Positions 26,464 to 39,474 of a stretch of DNA of 64,000 nucleotides are shown here, in pieces. Each line of letters begins with the position of its first letter. Within the stretch, counting starts at the first letter, position 1. Where the stretch lies: assembly GCF_009914755.1 (NCBI RefSeq), contig NC_060930.1; one strand, written 5' to 3'. This DNA is from the human T2T-CHM13v2.0 reference genome, Homo sapiens. The notes beneath the pieces were generated by a model. That model was not told the DNA's origin. It saw nothing but the letters and a program-made list of their open reading frames with translations, and did not search any database. The translations under genes were made by a program, and so were the position numbers.

Positions 26464-27924
26464 TCAGAGCTTTTATATTTTCATTTATTATTCATTTAAC
26501 TTTTAAAACACTACTATAATTGAGTATTAAAACAAAAACAATAGCAAGAAGTGAGCATATTATGGTTATAGTCCTTCACTTGTTCACTACTGCACATATA
26601 ATACCAGCAGTGAGTGTTACTCACTGGCACCATTAAGAGGTTTGACACTGAACACCACCACTGGTATGATGTTCATCATCCTCCTAAGCTTCTCCATTGT
26701 AATTGCCCATCTTTGCTGATACCGGTCAATGTCCACCAGATGTACTTGATCCATTTCATCAGCGTCTTTTACTTCCTACCTCTTAGGCAGGAGTTATTCC
26801 AGCAAAGAGAGTTTATCAGGAGACAGAAAGGCATTCTCACGGAAGTAGGCCTTAAATTTGATGATTAGGTGATCCTTTTCATAGGATCTACAATAAACTG
26901 GCATGCCTTCATTTAGCGCACACTTAATATCTCTATGCTTGACAATCTGAGTTGGGGGATGAGAGGTGTTGACTGGGGTTTGGTTGTCAAGGGTGGATAT
27001 TGGCTTTTGGAAGACATGCAGTGCTTCAATCAGTTTTATGTTCATACACATGAAAAGGTCTTCTGGTCGAATAAGAAAGTATGGTCCTTCTGATCTAAAA
27101 CAATGATAATATCTCCTGGCTCCTGATCTCCTTCACCATGAAAGATATCTACTGTTCGTCTTTCACGCCTTTGTCATGAACTTGTAGAATCTTCTTCTCT
27201 CAAACTATCCTCCTTCCATTGCAACTTTTACATCTATCTTTAGGACTGATCTCCTCCCCATGGCTCTGGCATTCCATGCACACAGACTGAAATTCTTGAG
27301 CCATTCTAGGTCGTATCTGATGAATTCTTATTTGCATTCTAGTACTTCAGTGATTGGGACAGCACTCTACTGCCCCTTTCTTACCACCTTGGCCTACATA
27401 CTTGCCACAAATCACATTATTTTATGGAGCTAATTTTCTTGTTGCACCATTAAATACATCTTCTGTGGTTACTGAGAGCTGATGCACAATATTTTTACCT
27501 CTTTTTCTCTCTGCATCCTTCCTCTTCCTTCAAATAACATATCAACGATGTCCATGAGGGAGCCAAAACTGCCACTCACTTCACCCTTTTTAATTGCCCA
27601 CTCTCCTCTTTTCTCAAATAATTCAATTTTCTTTGCTTCAGAGAGCACTTCATAAGCTTGAGAAATCTGTTTACACTTCTGTTTGTTATTTGGATTCTCA
27701 CCAGGGTAGTAATTCAAGACCAGTTTCCTGTAAGACTCTCTTAACTCTTCCTGGATGGCATTGGGTATCACCCACAAACCATTACAGTAAGTGGTTTCTT
27801 TCACCACTTTCTACAGCTGGCAAGGGGGCTAAGGCTGGTGTGTGGGAGCAAGAAGGAGTTTGGGCAGCTACCACTCCTCCACCTCTCACCAAGTGTTTTG
27901 GAAAGCTCCCTCACATGAGTTCTT

Positions 27925-28382
27925 AAAAGCAGAGAGTTTGTTCAGGCTGGAAGAAGAAGAGATATGACAGGAGAATTCAGAAAGAGTCAAAGCATGAGAA
28001 GGATTCAACATGTCCTTGCTGATTTGAAGATGGAGGGGACAGTGTGATAAGGAATGCATGTGGTCTTAAGGAGCTGAGTGGCTTCTGGCTGACAACCATG
28101 AAGGGAACAAGACTCCTGCCCTACAACCACAGAAACAGAATTCATCCAACAATCCAAATTAGTTTGGAACAGATTTACCTGTAGAGCTTCCAGAAAAGAA
28201 TGATACCCCATGTACACATTGATTTTGGCCTTAGGAGTCTCTAATAAGCAGAGGGTTCAGCTGAGCCACTCGATATGGGACTTCTGGTCTACAGAACTGT
28301 CAGATAGCAAATGTGATAAAGGGGTGTTTCAAGCCACTAAATTTGAGGTAATTTTTTATGGCAGCAATGGAAAATTCATATA
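27925..28382 (+). mobile_element. MLT1 solo LTR, 3' part
   Basis: 'tgctgatttgaagatggagg', 'gacttctggtctacagaactgt', 'aagccactaaatttgaggtaattttttatggcagcaatggaaa'; 5-bp TSD catac/tgtac. Confidence 0.85.
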
Positions 28383-29429
28383 TGTACAAATCTTGAGACC
28401 TAGTATGTATTTTACATGTATGGCACATCTCAATTTGTACTAACCACATTTCAAGTATTCAGCAGTCACGCATGTGGCTAGTGGCTACAGTATTGGACAG
28501 TGCAAATGTAGACTAACAGGAGTCAAGATGTCTAGGAAGTGCTAGGTTTGTAGCCTAAACATAATGTCACCATGTGGAAAGAGAAGATGATCAAGGAACG
28601 GGGGGACTTGGCAAGTTCTTTTTTGATTCCCCTTCCTGTAATCTGTGAATTGGATAATCTTGCTCATACAGAAAACAGGCTAAATTTTACAAACTTTCTA
28701 GATTGTCTAAGTTCATTAGACTCTGAAATTTCTGTTTAATTGCCTTCTGGCTATTGAAAAAGTATTTTTTGAATATTTCATTTTTATCTCAGTTAAATTT
28801 TGGAGCAATCAAGACAAGAGTTGTTGCTCACACCTGAATTTATGCTTGAGATGGAGCATTAGTTATTTAGTTCTAGCATTATGGGGTCAGGGCAAGGTAG
28901 GCAAGGGTAGCCATGGAAGATCTCCAGGAGTAGAATTATGCAGATTGATTTAGCTTTCCTAGGAAGGCTGTTACTCCTCACCAGAGAGTTGGCCTTTCAA
29001 TATCAACCTTCTGAGGTCTAGGTTTCATTTTTATTAAGAAGGGCAGCATGTTTTATCATTCTAATTACATTCCATGTTTAGCCTTCTAAAACCATCTTTT
29101 ACCATCTCCCCTAATAGATGAAAATATATGTTTATCCTGCAAAATTTAGAGCAACAACTAATCATTGTAATCTAGAACCATAGTAGGAAGGTTTCACCAA
29201 AGAGCTATAAAATTAGACTGGGTTTAAAGGAAAAAAATGGAACCTAGACCAGGAGAGAGCAGACGGAGGTCTTTCCAGGGTTCGAGGAGCAGTGAAGGTA
29301 ACAGTGGAAGAGAGGAAAGTGAATGGTGGGTTGATTGTTTGATGAAAAGTTTCTTTTGACTAAAGCAAAAAGCTTTTGTAAGGAAAGCTATAGTTGGTGC
29401 TGGAGAAGGAAAGGTCAGAACACTCTAGA

Positions 29430-29740
29430 TATGCACTATCCAGTACAGTGACCCCTAACCCCATGTAGCTATGAAACACTAGAAATGTGGTTAGTCTGAT
29501 TTGAGATATGCTGTAAGTATAAAATACACACTGGATTTAAAAGACTCAGTACAAAAATATTATAAAACATTTCACTAATAATTTTATATTGTTAAAATGA
29601 TAATATTTTGGATACATTGGGTTAAATAAAATATATTATTAAAATTATTTTTACCTTTTAAAAAGCTTTTTTAATATGGCTCCTAGAAGATTTTAAATTA
29701 CATATGTGGCTTGTATTATGTTTCTGTTGAACATCATTGC
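29430..29740 (-). mobile_element. MER33-like hAT-Charlie element
   Basis: 'gagatatgctgtaagtataaaatacacactggattt', 'aaattacatatgtggcttgtatta'. Confidence 0.75.
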
Positions 29741-29747
29741 TCTAAAC

Positions 29748-30030
29748 CAAGTGCTTCTCATACTTTAAAGTATATAAGGAATCATCTGGTAATCTTGTTG
29801 AAATGCACATTCAGAAACTCCCGGGTAAACTGCTCCTGCAATTCAGTCTTTGGACTACACACTATCTTGCCTGCAATATGTAACTATTCAGGAACTTTTA
29901 AAGTCACAGTGACCAGATTGCTGCACCCCAAATCCATTACTTAAGAATCTCTAGAGCTCTGACATGAGTATCAATATTTGTTATAACTCTCTAGGTTAGT
30001 TAAACATCTAGCAAATTTGAGGATCCCTGC
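29748..30030. mobile_element. MER5-type hAT-Charlie fragments
   Basis: 'gtgcttctcatacttt...gaatcatctggtaatcttgttgaaatgcacattc', 'tttgaggatccctg'. Confidence 0.55.
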
Positions 30031-31669
30031 TTTAGAAGCTCTTGAATAGAAGTGAACTAATTTAAAGTTTATTTTATAGAAAATGGGGAAGTTCATATAT
30101 CAGGAGCAATTAATTTGTCACTAGTGAATATTCATTGATTCATTAAGTGAGTTATTACTCTATGTCAGTCATGGTGATTTATATCACCCTGCCTTCTGGA
30201 AGCTAAGAAGCTAGTCAAGATATAAGATAAATAACTGCAAAGCAATATGGGATAGGTTCAGCATGAGTGGTGTAGATATTAAGGGTTATAGGACTGAAGA
30301 AAAGGCAGAGTCAATTTTGGGTGGAATAATTATTCTTGGAAGAGCTGATATATAAGACCTAATACTGTGGTTCTCAAACTTTAGGTTGCATCACAATCAT
30401 CTAAAGTAACCAGGTCGAGAAAACTGTTGTCACAGAACACTGCTAATGTCACCCCACCACACTGTGAATGCATTTTAACCATTCTTACATCTCTGTTCTA
30501 ATATTAATAACTCAAAATTCAAAGTGCCCAGTGGGAGGCTGATTGGCTAAGCCCAGACCACATGCTCAAGCCCGGTCTGGCCAAGAGCCATTGGCAATGC
30601 ACTTCTCACTCAAACGAAAATAGGAGTGAAGTACAATACTGCTAGGCTTGCTCCCTAACCCCTCACTCCACCCTCACCAAAAAAAAAAAAATCCCCAAAC
30701 TCAAACAAAACCAAAAACAAACAGATAAACAAAATGTCTACTGCAGGTAGTACAATTCCAAAAATAGGCATGCATCAGGGGAGACTTGATTATGGACAAA
30801 AAGTCAAATTAAATTTTAGGTTGTTAAGTTTGAGATTACAATGTTTAACTTAAGCAGAGATGTCCAGTTAGTTAGTTTTGAGAAAGAAGTAAAGGCCAGA
30901 GAAGGTAGCTTAGGCATCACCTCTTTAGAGGTAAAAATAGAGAACAAATGTGAGCATGAGGAAGCAGAATGTAGAGGGAGGAACCGAGGACTGAGAGTCT
31001 GATAATATCTTCATACTTCTGGGACTCTAGGAGTAGTACAAAGGGATGCTGTATTAGATGTTAGCAGGTATTAAACCCCAAACCTATTCAGGTTAGAAGA
31101 GTTAAATAGGAATTTCTGTTGTGGTACTTCTCAGAGCTATTAATATACTAACTTGCATTATAATGCTTTAATAATGCTGCGTTTCCAAATATTATTTGGC
31201 TAGGAACTCTCTTAAAGAATTAGCAATATATTTGAAGACATTTTGGAAAACAGTGGGCTAGAATTTTCTGGAACCAGTAAAAGAAAGAGACTTAGAAAAG
31301 TATTTAGGGGGAGAAATAGTAGTACCAGGATTGAGACTATTCAGATAATTCAAACTCCTATTACTCCATTAAAATAGAAAATGAGTTTAATAGTATGGGA
31401 TTAATAGTATTAAATTCTGTTTTACATATATGTCTCCCAAATGCACAGCACTTGGCAAATGGAGTTGCACCATATATATTTAAGTGAATAAATAATAATA
31501 ATAAAGAGCGAGGAAAGTCCTTTAATTTTCTGTATGAAGATCACAAGAAGTCCTTAGCAAATAAGTGTCTCCTTCAACTCACCTCCAACCAGCTTCAGAA
31601 TTCTGGTGGGGTGGGTTGGATGACACATCTGTTTGCTAAGGATTTCTTGAGTGATTTCTCAAGAACCCC

Positions 31670-32350
31670 TAGCAGAGAGAATTGCCACCCTATCATCTGT
31701 TTCTCTCTTTTTTCTTGGAAACATAACAAGGGTGACCATATAATTTATCATCCAAACTGGGACACTTGAGAGAGAAAAAGGGGGAGCTATTAATAATTAT
31801 GCCAGGTCAACACATACAGAACAGACTCCCAGGCAAACTGGGACAAATGGTCATCCTAAATATAACTCCTGATGTTTAGCTGTGTGCGTGACTATTAGGA
31901 ATAAAGTCTGCACTGTTCGATCTCTCTTGTATTTTCAGGGGGCCAAGTACCAGATCACAGTAGTTAGTTCCCCTCTTCCCCAAAGTTTACAGAGATTCTC
32001 AGCTCATGTCTTGACCAAAGCTAGTTCTTACCAATCAAGGAAGACGGTAGAAGATGGTTGTAGAAGGCCTCACAGAGATAGAGTCTTAATGGGTTCCTTT
32101 CTTCTTCCTACTGTCCGGCATGTGGTTTTTCTGGTTAGAGGTTTAGCAGCAATCTTGGATCACAAGGCAGTGTGCTTAAGATGGTGGAACAGAAAGATTA
32201 AAGAAGCCTGAGCCTCTGATGATCATAAGCCCTTTTAGTCCAGTCTACCTTTGGCTTATTGTGTGAGGAATCAATAAGTATTTATATTTAGTAATCATTG
32301 TGGGTCATTTTATCGTTTTCTGTTACTCCTCATTGAACCTAATCTGGGTA
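31670..32350 (+). mobile_element. Old MLT1J-like MaLR LTR, interrupted by MER94
   Basis: 'gcagcaatcttggatcacaaggca...aagatggtggaacagaaaga...agcctgagcctctgatga', ends 'tctgttact...gaacctaatct'. Confidence 0.6.
31728..31858 (+). mobile_element. MER94-like hAT-Blackjack MITE
   Basis: TIRs agggtgaccat...atggtcatcct; 8-bp TSD aa(c/t)ataac. Confidence 0.85.
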
Positions 32351-32365
32351 GATAAGACCTTATAA

Positions 32366-32688
32366 CAGTGCTGTCAAAAACCATAATGTGGGTCACAAAT
32401 GTGAACCATATGTGTAATTTAAAATTTTCTAGTCATTTTAAAAAACAAAAAAAGTGAAATTAATTTAAACAGTGTATTTTATTTAAACTATTGTAGCCAA
32501 AATATTATCTTTTCAACCTGTAATCAACATGAAAAATATTAATGTGATAGTTACATGGTTGTTTCATGCTAAGCCTTCACAATTCTATGTGCATTTTGTG
32601 CTCACAGCACATCTCAGTTTAGACTAACCACATTGCAAGTGCTCAACAGCCACATGTGGTTACTGGCTATCATATTGGACAGCACAAT
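32366..32688 (+). mobile_element. MER33-like hAT-Charlie element
   Basis: 'cagtgctgtc' start; ends 'gccacatgtggttactggctatcatattggacagcaca'. Confidence 0.8.
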
Positions 32689-34679
32689 TTTAAACCACAA
32701 ATACCTCCTTTCACCCACCCACTCATGTATTTTCTATCTCTCTCTCTTCTTGTTTCTCTTCAACAGGTAAACATAGATAAAACTCTATATCTTACACAAC
32801 AACAACAAAATAACAACAATAAACCCCTTCTCATTCTTCCTCAAAGATATTTTTCTAGTGTTTTTCTTTCCTTCACATCTCTATTTAATTGAGTTTGCAG
32901 TAGCAGGTAACTCTGGTCTTAGGCTAATGGCAGAACAGGGTCCTTTAGGATGCCACTTGATAAACTGGTGCCTGGGTGATGTGAAACCATCAGGAATCAT
33001 ATTTTTAGGATGATCTTCTAGCAAATTAAAGCCTATGTATTAGAAGTTTTTAATACCAGGACCGAAACTCACTATGTTTTGCTATGAGTTGCCACAAATA
33101 ATTGGTCTATTTATCGATCTACCTCCTCTATCTATAATGATTTAAGAAAATCACTTCGAGAATCAGGTTACCCCTCTGGTGATGCTAATTTCCTTTACTT
33201 CGAGATATATGGTGAAGAGTGACCAAAAGGGAATTGTTGGAGCTGGCACTTGGAAGTTGAGCCTAACCTTCATACCTCCTGGGAGGAGTTGTGAATGTAT
33301 ACATCAATTACCATGTGTGCGACAATGGAGAAGTGATTTCTGGCAGCTAGGCTTTATGGAGTACAGCATAACTTCAGTTATCTGGAGTCTAGTGTTCAAG
33401 CACCAGGAATGGTGTCAGTTACAAAAGGAAGAATAACGTGCATCTTGTAAAAAACGAAATAAGCCATGAGCTTTGAGTATTTTGTACATGATTAAGAGGA
33501 ACCAAAAATATGAAAATTATGGTGGATGAGCCGGGATTGATTAATTCTCCAACAAGAGGGAAGAAATCTTCTGGTTTAATAGAGATTTACAAAATACGTC
33601 AGTCTTTTCATATAGATGTAGCCAAGAAGCTCAGATGACATGATAGGGACCCAACAAAATAAGAAATAAAAAAAGCAGAGAGAAGAGGAAAGCAAGCAAA
33701 GGAGATTATATATGGAACAAAAGTGGTGGTGACAAAGACAGAAGTAGTAGCAAAAGAGCCCAAGAAATATCATCAGCTCTGTGGAAGCAGAAAGAATGAG
33801 GCAGACATGAAGTGCAGAGACATTATCAGCAACCCAGTGGATGTTTGGGTACAACATCCCACAATTACATCTTCACAGGCACAATATTTCTGGGAAAAAC
33901 TACTTATGCCAACTAGAGTTGTTTGTTTGTTTGATGCTTTACTTACTCATTTGCAGTTATCTGATTTCTACCAGAGGTTTGCACTCTCTTTGGCCTATGT
34001 GCTCTCAGTGACCAAAGCCTAGGTGCTATGGGTGATGCTGTCAAACCTAAGACCTGAAACACAGAACATGGGCCAAGAAAAATAAAGTAAGAAGAACAAG
34101 AAAGAAAAAGACCATTATGAACACTTTGGTTATCCAGACGTCATTTATCTAGCCCCCTTAACAATATATCCTCCAGCTAAGAACAAGGAATAGCAAAAGA
34201 CACATCTGAAAATCTAGATAGATGATGCCAAGACTACATGGTATTTTTCATTGCAATTTACTTATTGAAAACTCTCCAGGTCCCAGAAGTGTGGCCTCAC
34301 TTTCCCTTTACTTAACCACGCCAGAAACCGTCACTCCCTATGGGCGTTCCTGAAGAGCCATGGTTATTGCTGCAGAAACATCAACTCTAGGTGCTACTAC
34401 TAAGCCCGCGTCAATGTGCAGCTTTAAAACCATTTGTCATTCTTTCCTTTTATTGTTGCTGAGAATGTTTTATTCTTACTTTTAAACAAGTCTAACAAAC
34501 ATAGTTAGTATTTTCTAAGTCAGTTGCAGATTAGGACAGTAAAAGAGGGCATTAGATAAATGATAGCCAAAGAGGTGGCAGGCAATATTGAGGGTGGGGC
34601 AGAAAAATTATAAAAGCCCTAAACTTCATCTCAAACCACAAAGCCCATTCAATGTCAGAGTTAGTGTATGTGGTATGTG

Positions 34680-34880
34680 TTGTGGCAGGAAAAGAATAGA
34701 CTTTGAAATAAGACAGGTCCAGACTCAAGTTATAGCTCTTCTGCTGGTAGCTGTGTGACCTTGGGCAGGTATTTAAGTTATCTGAGCCTCAGTTTTCTCA
34801 TTTCTAAAATGGAGATAGTAATATTACCTTCCTTATTCAGTTGTGAAGATTAAATCTGTGTAAACCAACATGGGTGTTGC
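34680..34880 (+). mobile_element. MIR SINE
   Basis: 'agctgtgtgaccttgggcaggt...tctgagcctcagttttctcatttctaaaatggagatagtaat'. Confidence 0.88.
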
Positions 34881-36198
34881 AAATAGTTCCTTCTCTCCTA
34901 AAAATGAATAGGTTTTCAGGTTATCAGTGACTTTTATAACTTCAGGTAGTACTTACTAAACTCATACTGGAATGTGGACACCATGCAAAGCACTGGGACA
35001 TGGAATTAAATGAACGACAGTCTGTATCATCAAGGAACTTAGAGTTATTTGGGAAGAAAGATTGTAAAACATAAGTTAGACTGTAGGTTAAGGTGAAACA
35101 ATAGAAGTAGGTTCCAGTAATTGAGGCAGTATGTACTAATGGCAGCATGGGGTGGGTGTCAAAAATTTGAGGGAGAGCATCATGTGTTTATAGTGAAGAT
35201 AATCCTGAACCATCAGGAAATGTAAATTGTGTTGATAAACTATGTCTAAAGAGGCAGAATATAAGTAAATCTTGGATTTAAAATATACCATTTAAAATGA
35301 TGAAATCTAAAAAAATTAACTTCCATGGTTTACTTTGGCAAAAAAATCCATTAATTTCTAATGGAACACCTTATTTATTGATATGTCAAATAAATGAGAC
35401 ATTGCTAAAATGGCAGATGAGAAAGGCAGAAAAGAGGAAATAAGACTATGGAGAAAGGAAGGGGAAAGGAACAGAAATGTTATGGTGCGACCAGAATTGC
35501 TCATAAAATCAGTCTTTTGTCAGTGTGGCTTCCTTGCTGTTTCTTTTCATCTTCACAGCTGCCCTGTCTGATTGGTAAAACATGTATTATTCTCTGTATA
35601 ATTGATGATGAAGTGAAAAATGCAAGGGGCTATTGCTTGTCCAAAGTCACACATTTACCAAGACATGCATCCAGAAAGTAGAACTCAAGTTCTCTGCTTG
35701 AGGCACAAAAAATGTAAGGAAAAAAAGTCACCCTCAGTAGTTCTAAAGAATTTCATCTAAAGAAATAAAGTTTAAAACCAGGAAGCAAATATCCAAGAAG
35801 TGTATGGCACAAGCATATTCTACATATAAAAGAAGTGCTAAGCATAATTGCTTTGCCATAACTTCTCTTTTTTCCCATGTTTTCCTTTCTCACCTCCTTC
35901 CTCCTTCAAATAGATGAAGGCAAGAGAGAAATGCCAGAAAGGAAGAGAATAGGAGGGAGAAAATAGAAGGTTATGGGAAAAGAGAAGGGAAAACAATAGG
36001 AGATAAATGTGTAGGGAAGTCTTACTCGTGAACATGTAATATGTTTCTGGTAGATTTAAAATTTGTAAATAAGAACATATTTATTTTTATACCACATATG
36101 AAAATCCTTGTTTTGAAGTTTCTCCCCAAAACAATTGAGGTCTGGGAAGGGGTAAATGTGTCAAGAGATGTGTATGCTGTCTTGGCCACATTTAATTC

Positions 36199-37148
36199 AA
36201 GGATTGCCCCACGAATCAAGGGCTGTAAATTTGTACCATTTACATTTTTATTACTCTAAGCAATCTCTGCAAAATGAAAAAGAACATAATTTTAAAAGTT
36301 GGTGTTTATTATCATTTTTATATGTAGTCCCATAATGAATAGGCTGTTTGGACAGAATCAAAAGCCTTCCCTGAGGTCCCCGAGCTGGCATAGCCCCGTA
36401 GACTGGTACTCTCTATTACTCAAGGGCATCAACTGGCCAGTACACTTCTTCTTCTCCAAGTCACTGTAAATTACCACCCAAAGCCTGATGCTGATATAGG
36501 GATGTAAAAAAGACCAATGCTGATCATGTTCCCTGGGCACTTCTCAGGAAAGAAAAGCTCATCTGGAGCCCACCCTGCTGAAGCAGGTGGGTGAGATTCT
36601 AACACCAGCATCATCCTTTACTGTGACCCAGCAGGCACTCCACCAATTGGCAGGCCAGTTTCTCCTCTGCTTGGGCATAATCAGAGGGCACATCTCACAG
36701 GACATTGTGAATGTTCATGGAAAGTACTTAATAGAGGTATTGGCTCATGGTAAGTTCTCAAAACAAGCTGTCTTTCTTCTTTTCAAAAATTAACACTAAT
36801 TTATCAAGTTTTGGTTTCTCTGACCTTAAATGATCATGTTTAAAATATGAAAACTAGGCTTCAGTCGAAACCAGCTGTTCATGGTTTCCTATTGTTCAAC
36901 ACAAAAATTTCCCTCCTTTAAAGAAGTGACAAAAATCTGGTGGTGTTTGAAATGTCTGCATTAAAAGTTTTATGTGGCTGGATATTTGTGGGCTTCTTCT
37001 ATCCACTTGGGAAGGATTGCTCCATGAATCAAGGGCTGTAAATTTGTACCATTTACATTTTTATTTCTCTAAGCAATCTCTGCAAAATGAAAAAGAACAT
37101 AATTTTAAAAGTTGGTGTTTATTATTATTTTTATATGTAGTCCCATAA
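36199..37148 (+). repeat. Dispersed direct duplication, 137 bp (36199-36335 and 37012-37148)
   Basis: Manual alignment: 4 mismatches, no indels. Confidence 0.95.
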
Positions 37149-37809
37149 ATGTGAACACTTTAAAACCTCATTCATTTGGAATAATGAAAGAAAAATGTGA
37201 GAAATCTGCCTGAGAAAATATTTGGGAACAAGTGGAGTTTTAGTAATGTCAAGGAAAGTTAGTATTATTAACTAAGATATAAATGGATTTTAATAAGTAA
37301 TAAAGCTAAGTTTGTAAAAACTACACTTCACAAAATCCCTGGTTTTATACTATATCCTAAGAATAAGCTACTTTGATAACATAATAAATTTAATTACTAG
37401 AACCAAAAATAAATGACTCTTTTTTAAAAAACTGGATTTGCCTACTTTACAAATAAGACTCTAAAGAACTATCTGAAGAAAAAGTAACATTTCTTAATTA
37501 CATATAGTTTAGTTGGTTATCTTCACATGAGATCAGTGAAGTGTGGATTAATGGAGTTTTATTGCATAGTGCAAGTTAAAGCAATATACGAATAAAATAA
37601 CCCAATTATTTTTTCTCATATCATAGCTTCCAAACACCTAGGGCTTGGGGCTCATTTATCTTTAGTTGTATATGGACAAAACTCTGTCAAAGGAATGCCA
37701 GGGATGTGGAGTTTTTAACTCTTTCCATGGAAACAACACTGAAGAGAAGAAACCAGGGAAGCCGGAGGTCACAGCAACGTCCTTCTCAGGGGGTGCAAGC
37801 GTGATTTCA

Positions 37810-38000
37810 GTGTCTGGGCTCTGGAGTCAGACTGCCTAAATTCAAGCTCTACTTCCCCTGGCAAACTCAGTGACAATGGGGAAGCTACTTCAGGTTCCTT
37901 CTCTGTAAAATGGGATGATCGTGGAATCTCACAAGGTTCCTGAAAGAGTAACATTTCAAACAGTGCCTGACACACTGTGAGCGCTCAGTCATTTCTGCTG
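37810..38000 (+). mobile_element. MIR SINE
   Basis: 'ggctctggagtcagactgcctaaattcaa...ctctgtaaaatgggat...aacagtgcctgacaca'. Confidence 0.85.
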
Positions 38001-38944
38001 TCTCTATAGCTGACCTGATATTAAAGGATATTTGTCCACCTTTAACCTCATGGCAACAAGAAAATCAAGCCCTAACTTAGATTATCAATTTACCTGCACT
38101 TTACCATGTCATTTCATAGTTTTGTGTATTATAATATTAAAATATCTCACCAAGAAGGTGACTTTTAAAAGTCATTCTTTTCTGATTCTGATCTTTCTTG
38201 CTCATCTATTTACTTCTAATTTGTCTATTTGTATATTACCAGCCTTGCTCCAACTAGAATATAAATTCCAACAGATTGGGAACAATGTCATTCTTACATT
38301 CTTATATGGCATAGTTTGCGTTAGAACAGTGTTTGGAAGACAGTAAGCATTCAGCAATTATGTTAACTCAGTGAATGGAATTCTCAGGAATTCACAGGAA
38401 GCTCCCTGTGTCCTAAGCAAGACCACCTCTTAATCTCCTCAATTCTTAATTTCCATCCAGAATTATTCCACCCAGAGCCCAGAAGAGTGTAATGACTTTA
38501 ATTCCTCCCCAGGAAAGCAGTATAGCTGACTACTTCTTTCAGCACTGCCTTGCATAACCATTATTTCTGTACTAAGATTTGTTTTGCCTCCCTTTTCCCA
38601 ATTTTCTTTTTCTTACCTCATATTAACATCTTTGACAAAATTCTCTTATTCAATTCACATAACAACCTGGGCAAGTATTATTACATCTTTTTTTTCCCTA
38701 ACGGACAAAGTTGAGGCTCAGAGAGGCCAAGCAACTCACAAGTGATAAAGATTTGAACCGAGATCTGTCAATATTGAGATCATGAATTTGTTTATTGCCT
38801 GGAGATAGTGTCTTACCAATTATTGTGATCACAAATTTTCCACAATAGCCATTGATGTGTTGACCAAATTATTCCCAAACTTACTTGGGGATTCCTGAGT
38901 CCCCTTAGACTTGCAGAATAAAAGTCTGGAGTATAGCTCAAGAA

Positions 38945-39196
38945 TTTTCTTTCTCCCTTTCTTTTCTTTCTTTCTTTCCTTTCTTTCTTTTTCTTTCTTT
39001 CTTTCTTTCTGCCTGTCTTTCTTTCTCTTCCTTCCTTCCTTCCTTTCTTTCTTTCTTTTCTTTCCTTCCTTCCTTCTTTCTTTCCTTCTTTCTTTCTTTT
39101 CTTTCTTTCTTTCTCCTTCCTTCCTTCCTTCCTTCCTTCCTTCCTTCCTTCCTTCCTTCCTTCCTTCCTTCCTACCTTCCCTCCTTCCTTCCTTCT
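38945..39196 (+). repeat. ~250-bp compound (TTTC)n/(TTCC)n pyrimidine microsatellite (expanded Alu tail)
   Basis: Direct inspection; lies between the Alu body and the TSD caagaattt. Confidence 0.95.
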
Positions 39197-39474
39197 CAGA
39201 GTCTTGCTCTGTCACCCAGGCTGGAGTACAGTGGCACAATCTCGGCTCACTGCAACCTCTACCTCCTGGGTTCAAGCAATTCTAATGCCTCAGTCTCCCT
39301 AGTAGCTGGGATTACAGGTGCCCACCACTAGACACAGCTGATTTCTGTATTTTTAGTAGAGACAGGGTTTCTTTATGTAGGTCAGGCTGGTCTCGAGCTC
39401 CTGACCTCAGGTGATTCACCTGCCTCAGCCTCCCGAAGTGCTGGGATTACAGGTGTGAGCCACCGCAACCAGCC
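39197..39474 (-). mobile_element. AluSx-type SINE, inserted in a MER5-like element
   Basis: Full Alu on reverse strand; TSD caagaattt at ~38939 and ~39476. Confidence 0.95.

Noticed and set aside
27469-27807. 112-aa J-domain-like ORF as a functional microprotein
   Set aside because: Start is GTG, the essential HPD motif is YPG, and the frame shifts shortly after; it is a pseudogene remnant.
38829-39285. 148-aa and 124-aa ORFs
   Set aside because: Translations of an Alu plus TTTC/TTCC microsatellite.
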